Below are positions 11,342-25,354 of a stretch of 64,000 bases of DNA, in pieces (positions within the stretch are counted from its first letter, which is position 1; each line of letters opens with the position of its first letter). Origin of the DNA: Vermamoeba vermiformis (Eukaryota); assembly GCA_045837725.1 (NCBI GenBank), contig JBEWZL010000075.1, positions 1-64,000 on the forward strand. Direction: 5' to 3'. The notes under the pieces are model-generated. The model did no database searches, was not told where the DNA came from, and saw nothing but the letters and a program-made list of their open reading frames with translations. The translations under genes and the position numbers were made by a program.

Positions 11342-12870
11342 CTACTTGTGCTCTTCCACAGTGTTGTTGTAGGGCTTCTTGTTCACGGATTTGATCACAC
11401 CGACAGCCACTGTTAGCCTCATGTCACGCACTGCAAATAGGCCCAAAGGAGCGAATTCAGTGAACGCTTCAACGACCATTGGCCTTATGGGCTCCAAGCG
11501 GACCAAGGCCGAGTCACCCTTCTTGAGCACTTTGACGTTGGGTGCAGACTCGATCTCTTTGCCAGTGCGCTTGTCGAACTTGGCCAACAGCTCTGAGAAC
11601 TTGCAGGCCACATGACTGGTGTGACATTCGATTACAGGTGTGTAGCCTTCACGGATCTCACCAGGGTGGTTGATGATGACTGCAAAGATAGATTATTAGT
11701 GCACTGCAAATAGTAAGTGTCACATATTATTATTGATGCTTACTGATTTGGGCCACAAAGTCAATGACTTGAGCGGGAGGCTCGTTCTTGGCGTGACCAA
11801 TCACAGAACCACGACGCAAATCTTTCACTGAAAGGCCACGCACATTGATGCCGATGTTGTCACCAGGAGTGGCCTCAGTGACTGATTGGTGGTGCATTTC
11901 AATGGTCTTGACTTCGCTGGTCAAGTTGCCAGGTGCCACCAAGATCTGGTCGTTGATCTTGAGCACACCAGTCTCGACGCGTCCAATGAGCACTGTGCCG
12001 ATACCACCAATCTCGAACACGGCTTGCACTGGGATACGCAATGGAAGGTCTTTGGGACGCTTGGGCTTCTTCAAGGCATCGAGTGCTTCCAAGAGCGTGG
12101 GACCCTTGTACCAGGGCAACTTGTCGGACTTCTTGAGCAAGTTGTCACCGGTCCAGCCACTCACTGGCATGAAGGTAATCATCTCGGGCTTGATCTAACA
12201 TAGAATGCAGTACTTGACACCAGGAAAATTGACACGTGTCATCAAACATTTTTTGAAACGAATGACCTACCCAACCTTGCCCAAGTAAGCGGAGATCTCA
12301 CGCTTGACCTCTTCGTAGCGCTCTTGGCTGTAGTTGGTGGTGGTCGAGTCCATCTTGTTGATCAACACGAGCATTTGTCTGATGCCCAAAGTGTACGCCA
12401 ACAGTGCGTGCTCACGAGTCTGGCCTTGCTCGGAGATACCTGCCTCGAACTCTCCCTTGGCAGAAGACACGACCAACAAAGCAACATCGGCTTGCGCATC
12501 AATCATGTTCTTAACCACGTTGTTGCGATATTGACTAGGGTCGGAGAATTGCTTGTTTGATCGCTCCAATTTTTGCCATCATCCCTAGGCCTGTACTGTC
12601 TATAGAAACCTTGCCCAAGCTACGAGTCTTTTCGATTGTTTATTCTTTTGTTTTTTTTATTTTTTTGCTTTATTTCTAAGCATCTTACTACTCTAATGCC
12701 AAGATGTTCTCTTGTATTATATTTTGATCCAGCAAAGAGTTTGATTCTAAGAACCTACCCATCATACGCTGGTCGATACAGCCAAACAGTACATCAAATG
12801 ACCTACGATGGTTGATTTGCCACAGTCGACGTGACAAGAACGGCGAGGTAACGCACGGCGATTTTATCCG
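11342..12870 (-). pseudogene. Translation elongation factor 1-alpha paralogue with a frameshifted and deleted G domain
   Basis: Domains II and III are open and recognisable (GRVETG, PGDNIG, FAVRDM). The 5' part has apparent 1-nt frameshifts around (G)HVDCGKST and FGCIDQR, and lacks ERERGITI and DAPGH. The 5' end is approximate. Confidence 0.75.
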
Positions 12871-13147
12871 ATTTAATTTTACTATTCTATAGGCCGATGG
12901 TGCTCGTTCGCTACGGAGAGCATTGTATGTCAATCACGAATAAATACAGAATAATCATGGTCGAAACTTCCGTTTTTGTTGGGTAATTGAGAAATCAAGC
13001 CGAAATCACCCCCTGAGATTAGAGACCTCAGCAATTCAGTGCAAACTTGGAGAAAAACTTGAACACGCTGTTCACAGAATCCACTTAATTTTCGCCACTT
13101 GACAACACAAGCCAGCATAAATAACGCCTATATTCTAACAATTAAAA

Positions 13148-14571
13148 ATGACCACATCTCTCGTTGTCTATGATTACAACTACGAACAAGTCGTGCCAGA
13201 TGCGACCAAACCTTTCAGACCAGCTATTATCACTCCAGGTAATTATAATAAATTTTCGGCGCATATTTATGCAATTCTATGTCACTATAAGGTCAAACAT
13301 CAACGGGGATCTAATTAATTTATTTTTAGGTGATGAAGTCGTTTGGGGTGAAAGAAATAACGACAACCAGCGATGGTTATTACAATATCCTTATTAAATA
13401 TTTGATATTTCTTATTTTTGGATCATTTAAAATTATTCAAGACTGCCGATCGAATCCACTAGAAGGTCAACTGACTTATGAAATTCCATACGATAGAAGG
13501 TTCCTTAACGACCTAAAATACATATTTATATCAACAAGGTGTCGCCTGCGATGTCGCTATTAGTGTCCCCGATGATATTGATGTCATAGCTCAATGGGTC
13601 AAAATGACGAAAGTACGTTCAAACAAAAGATCCGGAAATAGATCTGACCTTCAATATCATATTTAGGACGCAGGATACTATCCTATATTCGTAGTTGGAG
13701 GTCTAGGAGGTACTCACGATGATTGCACGCGTGAAGGTGTTGCGAAGGCGTTGGGTCGGGATCTAGTCCAACACGAAGGCTGTAACTTGATCTTATCGCA
13801 TAAATATGGAGAACAAGGATATACTACTGAGAGAAGGCGTATGGCTATGTTAGCTCACGGCGCAGGATTGATTAAGGTACGTCTTATAACCAATACAATA
13901 CTTCGCCAAAACCATCCTGAGCGCGGATCCATGAAACTCAAAAATACACGTGCAATAATTATGAGTACATGATTTAGCTGTTTAATACATCATAATAGTT
14001 GGTATATGTGTGCCGTATCAATCTGACGTTGTTTTTCAGAATCCTATTGGTGCCCCAGGATTTTTCATTGATGGTGTCTTTGCGTTACCGGGCTTTCCTT
14101 CAATGAACCGACCAATGTTCCAAGAGCTCATTAACATGTACGTAAAGGGACCCATATGCATACACTATCAAACTGTGTCGTATTGAATCCATTACATCAG
14201 AAATTTTGTTATCGAAACTAGGCTAGATCCAGCAATTTTTTTCGGCGTAGATAAGATCCTAGTTATTAACTATATATTTTACCAGATTAATGCCAGCTTC
14301 TTTGAAATCAGAGTTATTGATTAAAGAATACACCTTGCCTGTAGGCGAAGCAGTTATCGCGACTGAAATGGAAGAGTTTTATACCAAATATCCGGGCGTG
14401 AAGATTGGACTTTATCCGAGCAACGAGAAGTTTGGAAAAGAAGTTTTAGTGCGCTTTAGATGCAGAAAGAACGATACGCAGACATTAGCGGATTTTGAAG
14501 CCTTAATGGTCAACCTTAGTAATAGAATAGGCACCAACACTACTGTAGTCAAAGTTGATACGCTTGTTTGA
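13148..14571 (+). CDS. CinA/molybdopterin-binding-domain protein (FAD hydrolase-like), multi-exon with an AT-AC intron
   Basis: IITPGDEVVWGE...N..WL...VPDDID, VGGLGGTHDDCTREGVAKA, NPIGAPGFFIDGVFALPGFP. The frame stays open only if 13385-13521 is spliced out. Confidence 0.85.
13385..13521 (+). other. U12-type AT-AC intron
   Basis: 5' ATATCCTT, branch point TTCCTTAAC at 13501-13509, terminal AC at 13520-13521. Removal restores the reading ...WLLQYLYQQGVACDVAISVPDD. Confidence 0.93.
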
Positions 14572-14967
14572 CTGAGCAACAGTAATACTATTAGTATGCA
14601 TTCCTCGTTGTAGATAAACTTTGTGTGGAGTCAACATACAACTCCGATCCAGATCCTCAACGCGTTGTCTTATCATGACCTAGTCAGTATTTTTGCAAAA
14701 TAACATGACAAAGCGGATCCGCTAGCGTCTATTTTTAGAAACGGATTGAAATCCAGGTGCTAGCCTTAAAATAGCGCGTTGTGAATGACATGTCGCCTGT
14801 TGTGATTCTCCAGGTTCAAACGGCTAATACTAGCATTGCAATATACTATCATAATTGCTGTATGATGCTCATTACTGTTAATCGCGATTGGTGGTTTATT
14901 ATTTTATCATTCTACTATTACAATTATGCACAAATGGGTTTTCTTATTAATATTGCTGTTACGGGAT

Positions 14968-17385
14968 CTACTCCGATGATGACGCGGCCTCGGGGTGTGA
15001 TTCCGACTCGGATTTTGAAGGCCGATCCGAAGACGAAGAGGACGATGAAGATTCTGAGTCTTCATTTTCGTTAGATCTCGAAATCAAATCTGATCCAGAG
15101 GTCTTTTCATCAGTAGTAGCGCTATCCGACCCTTTATCTTCTCTTGCTGACTCATTTTCACTCTTTTCAGTTTCATTTACGAGCGGATTCGTCGTGGTCA
15201 ACGAAGGTACTCCAAGTTCAGCTCTAACGACTTCTTCTATTATAGATGATGCTGAATCATCGCTCGAATCATCACTTGACTCATCGGACTCCCTATCATT
15301 CAAATTTTCCTTGCTTGAAGTCTTCAATACGACGTCTTGCGTGGGCGGAGATCTGGTCGTTGAAATTGTAATGGGCGATTGCAAGTTAACTTCAGCTCCT
15401 GACTTCTCGTCATTACCTATACTCTATATTAGCTTCGTTGCTTACCATATTATTACGATAAACGTACCGCTGTCAATCGTTGAGGATCTCTCGTCCTTTT
15501 CAGTACTAGATCCAACAGCGCTCTTATGAGTTGTTGTAGTGGATGAAGTACGCTCTCTAGCGACTATAAGGGCATATTGTTAGATATATATCGGCAATTA
15601 TAAGTACTCAAATAAGGCTCTTACGTCTTTGGCCAACTTTGATGACTTGTTTCTGGTAGTGGATCAGAATAAAAGCAGCGCCAGTAACTCCGATATGGAA
15701 GAATATCTCTAATATGATCAATCCCTAAATTGCATACGCATTAATAAGCATTCAATGTTTAGAAATGGATACGGTCCTGACACTTACCCACCAATCTCCT
15801 TCTGAGATTGAGAAATGCGTCTTAGCGTGGAAATAGTCGGTCAAGAAGATATAGAGAATGGCTGAATAGCTGCACCAAGCCGCTTTTTGATAACGAGGTG
15901 CAATACGGTTCGCAATTCTAATGCCCATCAAAATGGCAAACGCAGCGCCAATTCCGAAGGTAATCGCAGCGACGACCTAGCGATAGGTTATACATTAGTA
16001 AAAGGTCTATAATCATATTTAATTGCATCGTCGGATGTTTCTAGAAATCGTACCTCAATCGTTGTAATGAGGGCGCTTTGAACTTCATTCGGCTGGCCAG
16101 GGGTAGGAAATACTCTAAAATAGACGTAAATGGGATTGCCTCGTAATACAGAGCCGTAATATAAGTAGTTACGAGAATTCTTGCTAGCGAATTTTTGGCT
16201 GTCAAAATTTTAATTTTGCTCGTCAAAAATCCGCCAAAATAAGCTAATGTCTCCAAAAGCAATGTGATTCGATTTACTAGTAAACGCCATAGTTATTCCT
16301 AAGACTATTAAACGTACCTTCTAACACCAAAGAATAAAACGATGAAAAAGCAAATCACTATCGCAATCGCTTGAACTTTGATGTTGCCGAAGAACTTCCT
16401 TGCTGGGCTCTTAGGCTTCGGAGTTTCAGGACCGAGAACATCTTTAATTGGCTCGCCTTTTTCTAATCTCGCTAGGTTCATTTTCGTTTTTGTCAGCCTA
16501 TCAAAGTGGATGAAATTAGGTTCGGTTGTATGTGGTCATATTATAGAAGATATTCTTACGCCATGCATAACAGCATAATGCTAAATTGATAGTATGCTAG
16601 AACGCTGAGAGCTGCCAAGTTGACCCAATGAAATGACATTTCCAGGCCGATCAGCGGATTCAGGGCCAGTCCGAAATACCGGTCTATAAAAACGATATCT
16701 TAAATAATGATCTCTCATCGATATTTCAGAAATATGAGATACTAGCTTTGCAAGGTATGAAAAGGATCACAAAAGAGAAAAAAACTGACAGAGATCTACG
16801 TACGCAGCTGTGTATGAGGGAACCAATGCACCATATACCAACAGATGCATATATATACTAATAATAACCTTCTTTTTCATCTTGGGAGGTGCGTTCGACA
16901 AAAAGCGACCATAATGAATCATAAATGTGATGCCCGCTGCTGTAACCGCTGCTTCGCTGACTGTTATAATGTTCAAGAATATAACTTGAGCTGTAATACA
17001 TCATATTAGTATCGTTGGATATCGTAACGGGTTGATATTTTGCAACTAAATTTGGTTTGCAAAAATCGGGCAAGCATAATTAGCAAATTGACGCGTCGTT
17101 AGTATCAGTATTAGGTAATGTATTGTATGATATTGTGAATAGCATCAATTTCACATCAAGATTTTGCAAGATTTTCATGTTTTAATTCTAGTTACCGAGG
17201 TCTGGCGGTGCGATCCCTGCTGAAACAGGGGCACTTGGAATGAAAAAATACGCGACGCAAAATAGAAGTCCTATCAGCGCTATAGTGATGATAACTCGGG
17301 CCGCAAACCATTTAGTGCATCGAAACTTCTTCTTCTGAGGGACAGATCCCACGTTCAGCGTTGAGTGCGTAGATTTTCGTTGCAT
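14968..17385 (-). CDS. Multi-pass membrane protein of unknown family with an acidic Ser-rich C-tail, multi-exon
   Basis: Several hydrophobic exons (RVIITIALIGLLFCVAYFF; IISIYMHLLVYGALV; GLIILEIFFHIGVTGAAFILI) with GT-AG boundaries; terminal ORF 14968-15384. Exon structure is only partly resolved. Confidence 0.6.
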
Positions 17386-17880
17386 GGTATAATATATGTT
17401 GCACCTTACAATGGGCGTTGTGGTGCTTCGTTCGTTTCACTTTCAGGACTATCGGAAAAACGATTGTGTAATCTTGCGCAGTTGATGATTTGACAGTTTA
17501 GAGTGTTTGGTTGGGCCGTCCAACTTTCAGCAATTAATCGAACCTATTCAATAATCCATTAATATGATTGAATTAGCCGATTTTGCACGAGCGCAATCAA
17601 TTAAATTCCCTAAATTTATCGGCAGGGATTGAATCAACAACTGACACACGATCTCGTAAAAAAGTACCGGCAAATAAGCAATGATATATGACTAATATAT
17701 CCGGCGGTATATACAGTTGCACCGTAGTAGCAGTTTGACGGAACATTACCTTGAAAAAGAGCGTAACGAATTAGTTCTAATTATAACTTTATTTACATTA
17801 TAAACAACGCACCAATCGATTCAATCAACTTCTGTGCGTCGACCATGAAGCTACATCACAATACAAAGCTCGCCGCCAGT

Positions 17881-19545
<1,665 letters not shown>

Positions 19546-19803
19546 CGTTTTAACAGTGCTATCACCAGTTTGAACAATAGGTTCTACAATAGCGGCCATT
19601 AGCAATAAGAAATGAGGTCGTAGTGTTGAAAAATTTAAACTTGAATGGAAAAGTTCTCGATTTAAATTTCCGCATTGTAACGGTCAAATTTTTTCGAGCG
19701 GGAAGTACGCGGACACAAAATTTCTTGTCCCGCACAGTTCCTATCACACCATAAATAGCATCAAAGCTGAAGACCACATTCTATCATTACATTCAATAGG
19801 AAG
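19546..19803. promoter_or_regulatory. Bidirectional TS/DHFR promoter with E2F-like motifs
   Basis: 258 bp between divergent ATGs, containing GCGGGAA (19698-19704), TCCCGC (19728-19733) and TTTCCGC (about 19667). Confidence 0.55.
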
Positions 19804-20598
19804 ATGAACGGATTTGCGTTGGTTGTGGCCGTCACTAAGACGATGGGGATTGGAAACAAAGGAGGACTTCCTTGGCCCTCAATTAAAGGGGATATGAATT
19901 TCTTCAAGTAAGTATAATTGTTATTTGATCATGCACGTGCCCGACACACGTTCTATTAGAGAGATATCAAAGATCTAAGAATGTTTTTTTTAAATTCACT
20001 TCTTCGAAGCTAGTATTGAAACGAGTCGCATAATATTTTTTATCGAATATTTGAATTATTATTGGTATATTAATATTATTTTCAAAGGAAAATTACTTCA
20101 GAAACAAAAGATGCAGCAAAACAAAATGCTGTAATCATGGGAAGGAAGACTTACGTTGGAATTCCGCCTAAATTCAGACCACTCGTGAACAGAGTGAATA
20201 TCGTGATATCGACCAATGCTAATCTTCGCAAGTATGTTCGATCGCTAGACCGCGATGGCGAAATACCGAGAAACACGAGCTCACTTTTGTATTTTAGGGA
20301 GGAGAATATTCCAGAATCAGTACATATTGTCGATAGCTTCGATTCAGCAGTATCAAAGGCTTACAGCTTGCCTAACATCGAAAACGTATTTGTTATTGGC
20401 GGATCGTCGGTCTACGCGGAGGCAATGAAGCACCCTCAATGCAAAACAATCTACTATACAAACATCCTTACTCCCGATTTTACATGCGATACATTCTTCC
20501 CTAAAATCGACGATAATCTATTCAAAGTTACTTCGCGATCGGATCTTCAACAAGAAGGCGAGACTAGCTACGAGTTCTTGACGTATTCTAGGATATAA
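19804..20598 (+). CDS. DHFR: Dihydrofolate reductase (monofunctional), 3 exons
   Basis: MNGFALVVAV...GIGNKGGLPWP..KGDMNFF, NAVIMGRKTY, RPLVNRVNIVIS, FVIGGSSVY, CDTFFP. Confidence 0.96.
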
Positions 20599-21080
20599 AC
20601 TACTCTAAAAGAGATTAAAAACAAAGAGTTGACCGCTAGGACGTATCTTATTGCCGGAGAAATGGTCCGACTGGATCCGAAGAGCTTCAGCAGCCAACAA
20701 CGGTCAATACTATGACCTAGCTATTCATGTACGTACCAATAGATGACTATCAATATTGATACCGTTATATGCTTAATATCGACGCGAATAAACGACAAAT
20801 TGGCGAAATTGAATTCTCAATTTAACTCGGATCCCCGCGATCTGCTTTTGATTACTATTTGGATTCCTTTAGTATCGAAATTATTATAGTTCAGAATCTT
20901 AATTTGGCGCCAATGCGGCTAAAAGTAGTTCAGCGATCACGTGCGCGAGTAAAGAACAAAAAAAATTGTGGTCCGGTACGCGACTGCTCAATTTAGCCTT
21001 AAATTGCTACAATCGACTACAAATCGACTAATATAACTTAGGAAACTTGAATATATCTAGCTAAATCATAGTCTTTTGAA

Positions 21081-22611
21081 ATGGCGCAGGCATTCATGGA
21101 TCTGGAGCAGTTGGCCGAGTTGACTAGCCGCCTGGTGTTGGAGAACTCAGCTTGGAGCGCGTTCGTCGACACTGTTGTCGAGAAGATATTCGCAAGGTAC
21201 GATAAATGCTTTATTTAGCTCGATCTGACGTTTCGTTCAAAGACATGACGTAATGGAGATTGACAAGCTCTTAGAGACAATGCAGAAATTCGTTAGACAA
21301 GAAATTACGTATAAAGAGTGCATATCTCAGGTAATATTTTAATTAGAGGTCAAAGGGCACCAATTTTAATGCCAAGTTTAGGTCGATCAGCCGATCGCAG
21401 AAATTCTTAATGAGGCTGTCTCCGTCTATAAGCGAGTATGCCATAAAGAGACCCCCGAAAAGCGAGTTAGCAGAGTAATACTCAAGAAGCCCACCAAGCC
21501 TACTAAGTTGGCGCTAGCGTACGCGACTCAGACTAAATTAGCGCTTAGATCTAACCTTTAGCTTCAGAGAAAAAGAGCCTAAAGCTCTTCGTACCACTAC
21601 AGTAAGGAGTACCTAACTATTGTTTAATATTTTAATTATTGACGTTGCTGCTTTATTATAGAAAGGTACTCAAAGAGTTCGTCGTCCAGCCAAGTTGTGG
21701 ACTCCAGAAGAGTCTGAAATGCTGCGCTCCATTATGGCTCAACAACACATCGAGAAGATTGAATGGACTGCCGTAGCAACGCAGTTAGGAACTGGTCGTA
21801 CATCCGCTCAATGTGGTACGTTACTTATTATCCGGTTTAAATGCGCTATTCAGATAAAGCTTATCATTCATATTATTATAGCGCAGCATTGGTATCGCGT
21901 TCTAAATCCTGACCTCCAAAAGAACGATTGGAGAATTGGTACGTAAAGAGCTGTTACGTTGGTTGGATGCCGAGTCTTAAAACTGATTCGGCTCATATAG
22001 ATGAAGATGGCGACCTATTGGATCTATACGAAGTTCATCAGACCAAATGGTCAGTCATTGCGTCGCTCATCAAAGGCAGATCTGGTGCGTACTGGAAATC
22101 TCAGTGCGAGTAACAAACACCTCGGAAATTGATCGAATCTTTTAGATACTCAGTGTCGCAATCGATATCTCAAGCTTAAGACGGCTCTTAAGGTACGTAC
22201 TAGCGTAATCCTAATGCTCCATAGAATATTGATCTGAATCCATCCTTCAATTTGTAGGAACATTGGCTTGAGACCGAAGATGCCTTACTATTCACGTATC
22301 GAGAACAAAAAATGTCTTGGGAACAGGCAAGTAGTCGCACGTGATTTGATGGCAAAGGGACTCGTGTCTCAGTACGCGAGTGTAGCGAGATCTAATTAGT
22401 GTTATTGCGTTACCAGATATCAGAGCGCTTGACGACCACTTCGCAAACGAAAAACACCCACTGTCGTTATCCTATCGTATGCAAGATGCGTTACACAACT
22501 CTAACTGGCATCGACACTGATTACGAAGAGATCGGGATCGGCACGAGAAACAGAGCAGCTCAGCCAGATGTAGAGATGAGTGCTAGCGACGTACCGCTCA
22601 ACAAATGCTAA
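21081..22611 (+). CDS. Multi-repeat Myb-domain protein, many exons including one GC-AG intron (22327-22416)
   Basis: WTPEESEML...W..VA..LGTGRTSAQC..HW, KWSVIASLIKGRS..QCRNRY, HWLETEDALL..MSWEQ|ISERL. Confidence 0.8.
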
Positions 22612-22815
22612 TTAGGACTGAGCACCCTTAGCTGAAACGCCACGTGTAATCTCCTCACTCGAGATTTTTTTGAATCTGGATGTTCAATCCAAAGTAATAA
22701 ACTTGTGAGCTTTTGCCACATCCATTTATATTGTTAATATATTCATGCTATCTATTTTGCTGTATTATTTAAAAAAACAGCACTTTTGGCGCAATTTGGA
22801 GACAACCAAAAAATC

Positions 22816-22943
22816 GGGAGGCTACTTGACCTACATTAAAGCCTCGCCGCGCGGGGTTTTGATCAGGCAGAGCCCCGCCATCCTCGGGGGCCACGACCCG
22901 CGCCATATGTGGTTTTTCGACCGACGGAACTTATACGCCTCCC
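22816..22943. mobile_element. MITE-like insertion, 128 bp, 7-bp TIR GGGAGGC/GCCTCCC, 8-bp TSD AAAAAATC
   Basis: AAAAAATC at 22808-22815 and 22944-22951 flanks a GC-rich island with inverted ends inside AT-rich intergenic DNA. Confidence 0.7.
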
Positions 22944-23086
22944 AAAAAATCTTTGGTCCAAAATCCTGCGTGACGTGGTTGTTTAGTTTTATCATCCACA
23001 ATAATTCTAGAGAACACTTTAGGCAATAGTAATATAGCGCCTTTTCTCTTATTTATTAGTATACATAATTTTGACAACCTCACAAC

Positions 23087-24626
23087 ATGACAGATGTAAG
23101 CTACAAGCAGATCTACGCTTTTTATTGCTTGAAATAAATAATATATAAACATGTTAATAATGTACATTAATTTTTTGGTTAACTACTGCAGATTCAGGAA
23201 AGCAAAAATAATATCTTTTCGAACCTAAAAAATTTAAAAATATTCTCTTATTTGTCATTTTGAATTAGGCAGGAGAAGATTTAAAGGCACAATTGGACCA
23301 CCAATATACCCTTAATGAAGAGCTCAGCGAGCAAGTCCAGAGCCAGTTTGAACAAATTAAAAAATTGAAAGAGCAAAATTTAGAAGAGGTCACCGAATTA
23401 AATCAAAAAATTGATGAATTAAAAGAGCGCGTTTCAGACTTAACTCAAAGGACATTTACCTTGGAAGATCAGCTCGAGCGCAAAAACAACGAGATTAAGA
23501 CACTGAAAGCACAATTAGAGGTACGTGACGTAGTACTTGGTTACAAAAAAATATAAAATTAATATTGTGCAAGGGTGCTTCTGCTGCTACTTCAACGGGT
23601 GGAGATTCAGATGAAAAAGTCCAACAGCTCCAAGCCGAAGTTGAGGACCTGAAGCGAGAGCTTGGTAATGCTCAACGTAAATTGGAGTCTAAGAATGCTG
23701 AAGTCGAGGATTTGAAGGAAAAGGCTCAACATAATTCTGAGGTAAGCATCCATCTGCCAAAATTATTGCAATTTTTATTACTTAAGCATTGAAAGTGACG
23801 AGAAAAGTAAATTTTGAAACAAGTTAATGAAAAGATAACGCTTAACTTTGTATTCGTACTGTCTGATTCAAATTAATTGCAATTTCGTTTTGGATCCTCC
23901 CAATTCTCCTTTTACTAATTGTTATTAGAATGGCACTAATGGCGTTGCTAAAGAAGAACATAATGATAACAGCGATGAGGTAATTAATGCGAATTTTTGC
24001 AACACTTAGTTTGGAAATAAGCTAATTTTGTCAAGAAGATCGCCGCACTTCGAGCTCAGATCGAGAAACTTCAACTCGAGAATGAAGCTTTGAAGAAGGA
24101 ACAATCAGAAAAGCCTGCTGCCACAACCAAGCCTGCAGCAGATAAGCCTAAAACACCCACCACTACCTCCAAACCCACCGCCAAAACACCCACATCCACT
24201 AAGCCTAAAACCACCGGTACGCGTTACATCTACTTGTATAGCACTTCTAACCTAACAATAGATGCCAAGCCGACGGGAGCTACTAAGCCTAAGACTCCTA
24301 CAGCCACAACTACGAAGCCTAAGCCTGCTGAAAAGCCCGCAGAGAAGCCCGCGACCTCACCCGCTAAAAAGCCCGCTACAACCACTACAGCTGCTAAACC
24401 TAAGCCCGTTGCCGCTGCTACAGCTAAGACTACCACTCCTCCTAAACCTGCAGCTACAAAGAAGACTCCGACTGCTACCGCCAAGACCACAACTAAATCT
24501 GTACCTACGAAAGAAGGAACGAAGGCGGCGAAGACGGAGGAAAAGAAGGAGACTCCGGTTAAAGAGGCCGCTGAAGAGAAAGAAGCAGCACCTGCGCAGG
24601 AGACTAACGAAGATGCAAGCTTTTAA
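23087..24626 (+). CDS. Coiled-coil protein with a Lys/Pro/Thr/Ala-rich tail (possibly cytoskeletal), multi-exon
   Basis: 9-nt first coding exon (MTD), heptad-rich exons 23269-23741, and KPATT-type low-complexity C-terminus. Confidence 0.7.
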
Positions 24627-25354
24627 TTAATAATTATTTAATATGTAATAAACCAAATATGGTAATTAAGATCCACCGCGAGCTCAAATTCGAGCTTAAA
24701 CTTAGGAATGTACATCTCGTTAATAAATAATAAAGTATCGCGCAGGAGTTTAATCCAAGCAAGCATAGGAGAATTATTCCAGATTAAATTACATGCGAAT
24801 TCCATCACAGCCGGATCTGCAATATAACTGGGTTTAATTATACTATAATGATGTCTTTTACGGAGATCAACTGAGTCGAGATGCCGGTTCGCTCCGTGCC
24901 CGCGAGATTATCGAGCTCTTTGAAGGAAATTTCATGGGAGCATAATTATTTTAATTAATAATTTGATGTCCTTTTATGTCTGTTCAAGAGTAAGCGTCGA
25001 GCAACAACAAAGAGAAGCTTATTGTAGTTAGATTAGCTTGCTGGATATTATTTGGTATATCACTGATAGAAACAACGTTAACGGATTTAATCTGAACCTT
25101 GAAAGAGTTACCAAGCGACAATTAGGACTAATAAAACAGACATATATTACGGGTATGTTTTTACAATTATTAATGGCTGTACATACACTGAAGGAGTAGC
25201 ATACTTCGAGTTTACAAGGATGTGTCCTTCTAAAATTTACTTTGTGCTTTCGTTTGAAATTCACGAGCGTACCTGCGTGGGAGCTACGATTAATATTAAC
25301 CCAATTTAATGCATATTAAATCAAGTTCTTAACGTCTTTTTTTTTGTATTTTAG

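Noticed and set aside
22850-22920. Possible HDV-like or hammerhead ribozyme or TPP riboswitch in the GC-rich island
   Set aside because: I could not build the nested pseudoknot, the CUGAnGA/GAAA core or the TPP aptamer; the TIR plus TSD explanation fits better.
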